A stretch of 19,890 bases of DNA from positions 1 through 19,890 of the forward strand of contig JBGANF010000140.1 in the NCBI GenBank assembly GCA_044222475.1. Direction: 5' to 3'. Under the pieces are notes generated by a model. The model had not been told where the DNA came from and ran no database searches. It saw only the letters and a list, made by a program, of their open reading frames with translations. Position numbers and translations under genes: made by a program. This DNA is from Polyangiaceae bacterium (lineage in GTDB: Bacteria > Myxococcota_A > Polyangia > Polyangiales > Polyangiaceae). Positions 16,926 to 19,890 of the stretch are shown piece by piece. Every line of letters starts with the position of its first letter. Position 1 is the stretch's first letter.

Positions 16926-18190
16926 AGTGCGCCTCGACGTTGGGCAGAACGCCCGACGGCGCGGCGGATCTCCTCTTCGATGCGCGACGCGTGCACCTTG
17001 GCGTCGTACTCGGCGACGATCCGCGCGCGGGCCGCCCGACCCTGCCGCGCGCGGAGCTCGGGGTCGCGGAAGTAGCGAAGGAACCGTTCGGCGAGCGCTC
17101 GCACGTCGGGCGGGTCGGCCGACACGAGCGCCCCGGTCTCACCGTCCTTCAGCATCTCCGCGACGCCGCCGACGTCGAACGCGATGACCGGCATCCCGAA
17201 CGCCATCGACTCGATGACCGCTCGCGGGAGCGGATCGGCGTAGACGGACGGCACGACGGCGACATCGAAATCGCGTACGTAGGGCCGAACGTCGGCGCGG
17301 AAACCGAGGAACACGAAGTTCCCTTCGATGTGCGACGACCGAACGAGCGCTCGGCACTCGGCCAGGTGGTCCGGTCCGATGTCCTCGGGGGTGTCGCCGA
17401 GGACGGCGAAGTGGATGCGCTTCCGGTCGGCTTCGCCGAGCTGGTCGAGCGCGAGCTTCGCCGCGCGAACCATCTCCACGTAGCCCTTGCGAGGGAGGAT
17501 GCGTCCCTGGCTCCCGAACACCACGGTTCCGGGCGCGAGCCCGAGCTCGCTGCGCAGGACCCCGTCGACCACCGCCGGGTCGAACGCTTCGAGATCGAGC
17601 GCGTTGTGGATCACGCGAACCTTGGTGGGCACGTGAGGAAACAGCGACGCCGCGGCGTGCGACACGCAGACGATCCGCTGGACGCCCACGCCGGCCGCGA
17701 GGCGATCGTGAACGCCGCGTACCACCTTCGGGAGCGACGTGTAGCGGACGTGCCAGAGGCAGGGCACACCGGTCATCCAGGCGAGCGCTCCACCGGCGAA
17801 GTCGGCGTTGGTCCCGTTGCAGTAGATGAGGTCGTAGCCGCCCCTTCGGATGAAGCGCGCGAGGCGCCTCAGGCCGAGACCGGCCCGGGCGACGTTGCCC
17901 GCGGCGCGCACCGCGCGGAGCGGCGACGGCGCGTCGAAGTCACTCCGCTCGATCGCGCGGGACCACGGCTCGACGGGGTTCTCGACCAGCCCGGCCTCGA
18001 AGACCATCTCGTCGGAGACGGGCCTGAGGAGATCCGCGATCACGCCCTCGCGGGGGAGCACGACCGTCCGATGGACGCTCGCTGGGTCCAAGAAACGCAG
18101 GATCGTGAACAGGCTCCGCCCCGGACCGCCGTTGCGCGCGGTGTCGTTCAGGAAGAGAACGCGGAGGGGGGGCAAAGCATCGCGAGTCAT
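16922..18190 (-). CDS. GT4 glycosyltransferase, 422 aa
   Basis: The start is placed at ATG 18190 (MTRDALPPLRVLFLNDTARNGGPGRSL). Motifs LWHVR, VIHNALD, QGRILPRKG and PSVYADPLPRAVIESMAFGMPVIAFDVGGVAE. Confidence 0.92.
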   Translation of the reverse strand: MTRDALPPLRVLFLNDTARNGGPGRSLFTILRFLDPASVHRTVVLPREGVIADLLRPVSDEMVFEAGLVENPVEPWSRAIERSDFDAPSPLRAVRAAGNVARAGLGLRRLARFIRRGGYDLIYCNGTNADFAGGALAWMTGVPCLWHVRYTSLPKVVRGVHDRLAAGVGVQRIVCVSHAAASLFPHVPTKVRVIHNALDLEAFDPAVVDGVLRSELGLAPGTVVFGSQGRILPRKGYVEMVRAAKLALDQLGEADRKRIHFAVLGDTPEDIGPDHLAECRALVRSSHIEGNFVFLGFRADVRPYVRDFDVAVVPSVYADPLPRAVIESMAFGMPVIAFDVGGVAEMLKDGETGALVSADPPDVRALAERFLRYFRDPELRARQGRAARARIVAEYDAKVHASRIEEEIRRAVGRSAQRRGAL

Positions 18191-18230
18191 CAGCACAACG
18201 TCCAGTCCGACGCAAGGTCGGCAAGGTTCC

Positions 18231-19310
18231 TCAGCGCCCCCGGCGGAGGACGTGGCGCAGCCAAGCGCGCAGCGTCGGCGGCGGTGGTGGCAGCGGTTGG
18301 GGCGATGGCGCCGGGGCGGCGGGTGGCGCACCGATGATCTTGCGCCGCTCCTCGTTGAACGCCCGCGCGGATGCACGGTCCTCGTCGTTTCGTGGCTTCC
18401 GGAGGATGAAGTTGAGGACTCCGCGAGCGAAACCGATTGGCTCCGTGACCGGGTGCTCCCGAAAGAACTTCACGAGCAGCTCTTCGTCGGCTTCGCGGGG
18501 GAAGAAATCGGTCATCTCGCGCTCGAACCCGTCGGCGACGATGATCTCTTCGAGCGGCTCGTCGATCGCGAGGCGGAACTCGTGGTAGCTCGCGCCCAGG
18601 CCCCATCGAATTCGCGACAAAGACGCAGCGGCCGGACCCTCGGCGAGGGGACCGCGCATCGAGTCCTTGAACGCGAAGCGGGGTACCCGGTCGATCCACG
18701 CGAACGCGAGCTCGTCGGGGAGGAGGTGAAAGAACGCGCTGTCGGTGGTGTGGCGGTCCACGTAGGTGAATCGGTTGGGAGTCTCGATGACGACGAGGCT
18801 GCCGCCCGGCGGCAGCGCTTTCCAGAGCGTGGCCAGCGTGTCGAGGCGCTCGCGGTACGTGAGGTGCTCGAGCACCGCGTAGAGCATGAAGACGTCGATG
18901 TCCTTGGCCTGAGCGATGACCGTGGGGAGGAGGGACTCCGGCGTCACCGCGTGGAGCGCGACGTTCTTCAAGCCGTACGACTCGCAGCGGGCGGATGCCG
19001 CGCGCACCGAGCGCTCGTCGATGTCGTAACCCTCGACCCGTCGAGAGTGGAGCGCCAGCGCGGCGGTGCTCGATCCCGAACCGCACCCGATCTCCACGAT
19101 TCGCGCCGTCTCGAGGTCGATGTGCTCGCTCAGCCACGGGATCGTGAACCGCAGGGCTGCTTCGAAGCGGCTCGTGATCACGTCGTCGCGACCTCGCTTG
19201 CCGGCCTCGGTCTTCAGGAAGTCCTGGTCCCAGGTCGAGAAGACGAGCTCGTCCAGGGCAGCAGCGAGCCCCGGAGGTGTAGGCGGAATGGGCGGAGTGA
19301 TCTTCGGCAT
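18231..19310 (-). CDS. Class I SAM-dependent methyltransferase
   Basis: Motifs RIVEIGCGSGSST, GYDID, YAVLEHL and LPPGGSLVVIETPNRF. Both termini are Pro-rich. Confidence 0.9.
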   Translation of the reverse strand: MPKITPPIPPTPPGLAAALDELVFSTWDQDFLKTEAGKRGRDDVITSRFEAALRFTIPWLSEHIDLETARIVEIGCGSGSSTAALALHSRRVEGYDIDERSVRAASARCESYGLKNVALHAVTPESLLPTVIAQAKDIDVFMLYAVLEHLTYRERLDTLATLWKALPPGGSLVVIETPNRFTYVDRHTTDSAFFHLLPDELAFAWIDRVPRFAFKDSMRGPLAEGPAAASLSRIRWGLGASYHEFRLAIDEPLEEIIVADGFEREMTDFFPREADEELLVKFFREHPVTEPIGFARGVLNFILRKPRNDEDRASARAFNEERRKIIGAPPAAPAPSPQPLPPPPPTLRAWLRHVLRRGR

Positions 19311-19405
19311 CGGTGTACCGCGTGGCGCATGGCGCGCGGCGCGCGGCGCGCGAGAGGATACACGACCCTACCCGCTCCCGCAGGCGCGTGTTATCTCGCC
19401 CGGAG

Positions 19406-19890
19406 ATGGAACGGCCGCTGTCGCGCGCGATCATCCTTGCTGCTGGATTGGGCTCGCGCCTCGTCCAAGGCGCGGATCATCCGAAGCCGCTCGAACCGGT
19501 CGCAGGCGTTCCTCTCCTGGTCCGCATCCTCCGGACGCTCGCCGCCGAGGGCGTTCGCGAGGCCGTGATCGTCACCGGTCACCTCGGAGACGCCCTGCGT
19601 CGGGCACTCGCCGCCGAGAGTTCGCTCGGCGTGAAGCTCACGTTCGTGGACAACCCAGCGTTCGCGACGACGAAGAACGGCGTGTCGCTCCTCGCGGCGA
19701 GGGCGTTCGTCGACCAGGACGTTCTTCTCACGATGGCCGACCACCTGTTTGCTCCCGCCATCGTGCGCACCCTTCGGGAGGCTCCCCTCCCCGACGACGC
19801 GTGCGCGCTCGCGGTCGACTTCGACGTCCCGCGTTGCTTCGACCTCGACGACGCAACCAAGGTGCGCGTCGTGGACGGAAGGATTGCGGC
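19406..19890 (+). CDS. Nucleotidyltransferase, inositol-1-phosphate/phosphocholine cytidylyltransferase (IPCT/LicC)-like; 3'-truncated by the window edge
   Basis: Not in the ORF track. Manual translation from ATG 19406 gives MERPLSRAIILAAGLGSRLVQGADHPKPLEPVAGVPLL...IVTGHLG...KNGVSLLAA...LLTMADHLF...FDLDDATKVRVVDGRIA. Confidence 0.9.
   Translation, partial: MERPLSRAIILAAGLGSRLVQGADHPKPLEPVAGVPLLVRILRTLAAEGVREAVIVTGHLGDALRRALAAESSLGVKLTFVDNPAFATTKNGVSLLAARAFVDQDVLLTMADHLFAPAIVRTLREAPLPDDACALAVDFDVPRCFDLDDATKVRVVDGRIA

Noticed and set aside
14302..17142. 946-aa (-) and 895-aa (+) ORFs over the MMPL gene, and similar long ORFs (4570..6702, 12059..14200, 17850..19568, 7379..9061, 2283..3935)
   Set aside because: These are shadow frames expected from high GC3 codon bias. 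They have no recognisable motifs and overlap well-supported genes.
19331..19352. (GGCGCGC)x3 microrepeat in the divergent intergenic region
   Set aside because: It is short and GC-only, and plausible by chance in this composition. No function can be supported.

Overview
Very GC-rich bacterial DNA, about 70% GC by eye. It is probably Myxococcota (Polyangiales-like), inferred from the GC level, a lipoprotein with D-A-S-T-G linker repeats and many Cys, and the hexamer intergenic repeats. The window is a dense cell-envelope glycoconjugate locus. The left half has three stand-alone SAM methyltransferases (two of them clear paralogs), a methyltransferase-GT2 fusion, an ArnT/PMT-like GT-C membrane glycosyltransferase, and a nucleotide-sugar operon (gmd, fcl, ugd, UDP-glucuronate 4-epimerase-like). 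A Cys-rich lipoprotein sits in the middle. The right half has three GT4 glycosyltransferases, a DUF2334/CE4-like deacetylase, an MMPL/RND lipid transporter with altered proton-relay motifs, a fourth stand-alone methyltransferase, and the 5' part of an IPCT-like cytidylyltransferase that is missing from the ORF track. The main hypothesis is a glycosylated inositol-lipid (GIPC/GPI/PIM-like) synthesis and export system with O-methyl tailoring. Non-coding oddities are two divergent start codons sharing one CATG, a 210-bp nested inverted-repeat element with G-quadruplex motifs, a degenerate hexamer array, and candidate leaderless and bidirectional promoters. No RNA genes, CRISPR arrays or transposases were seen.
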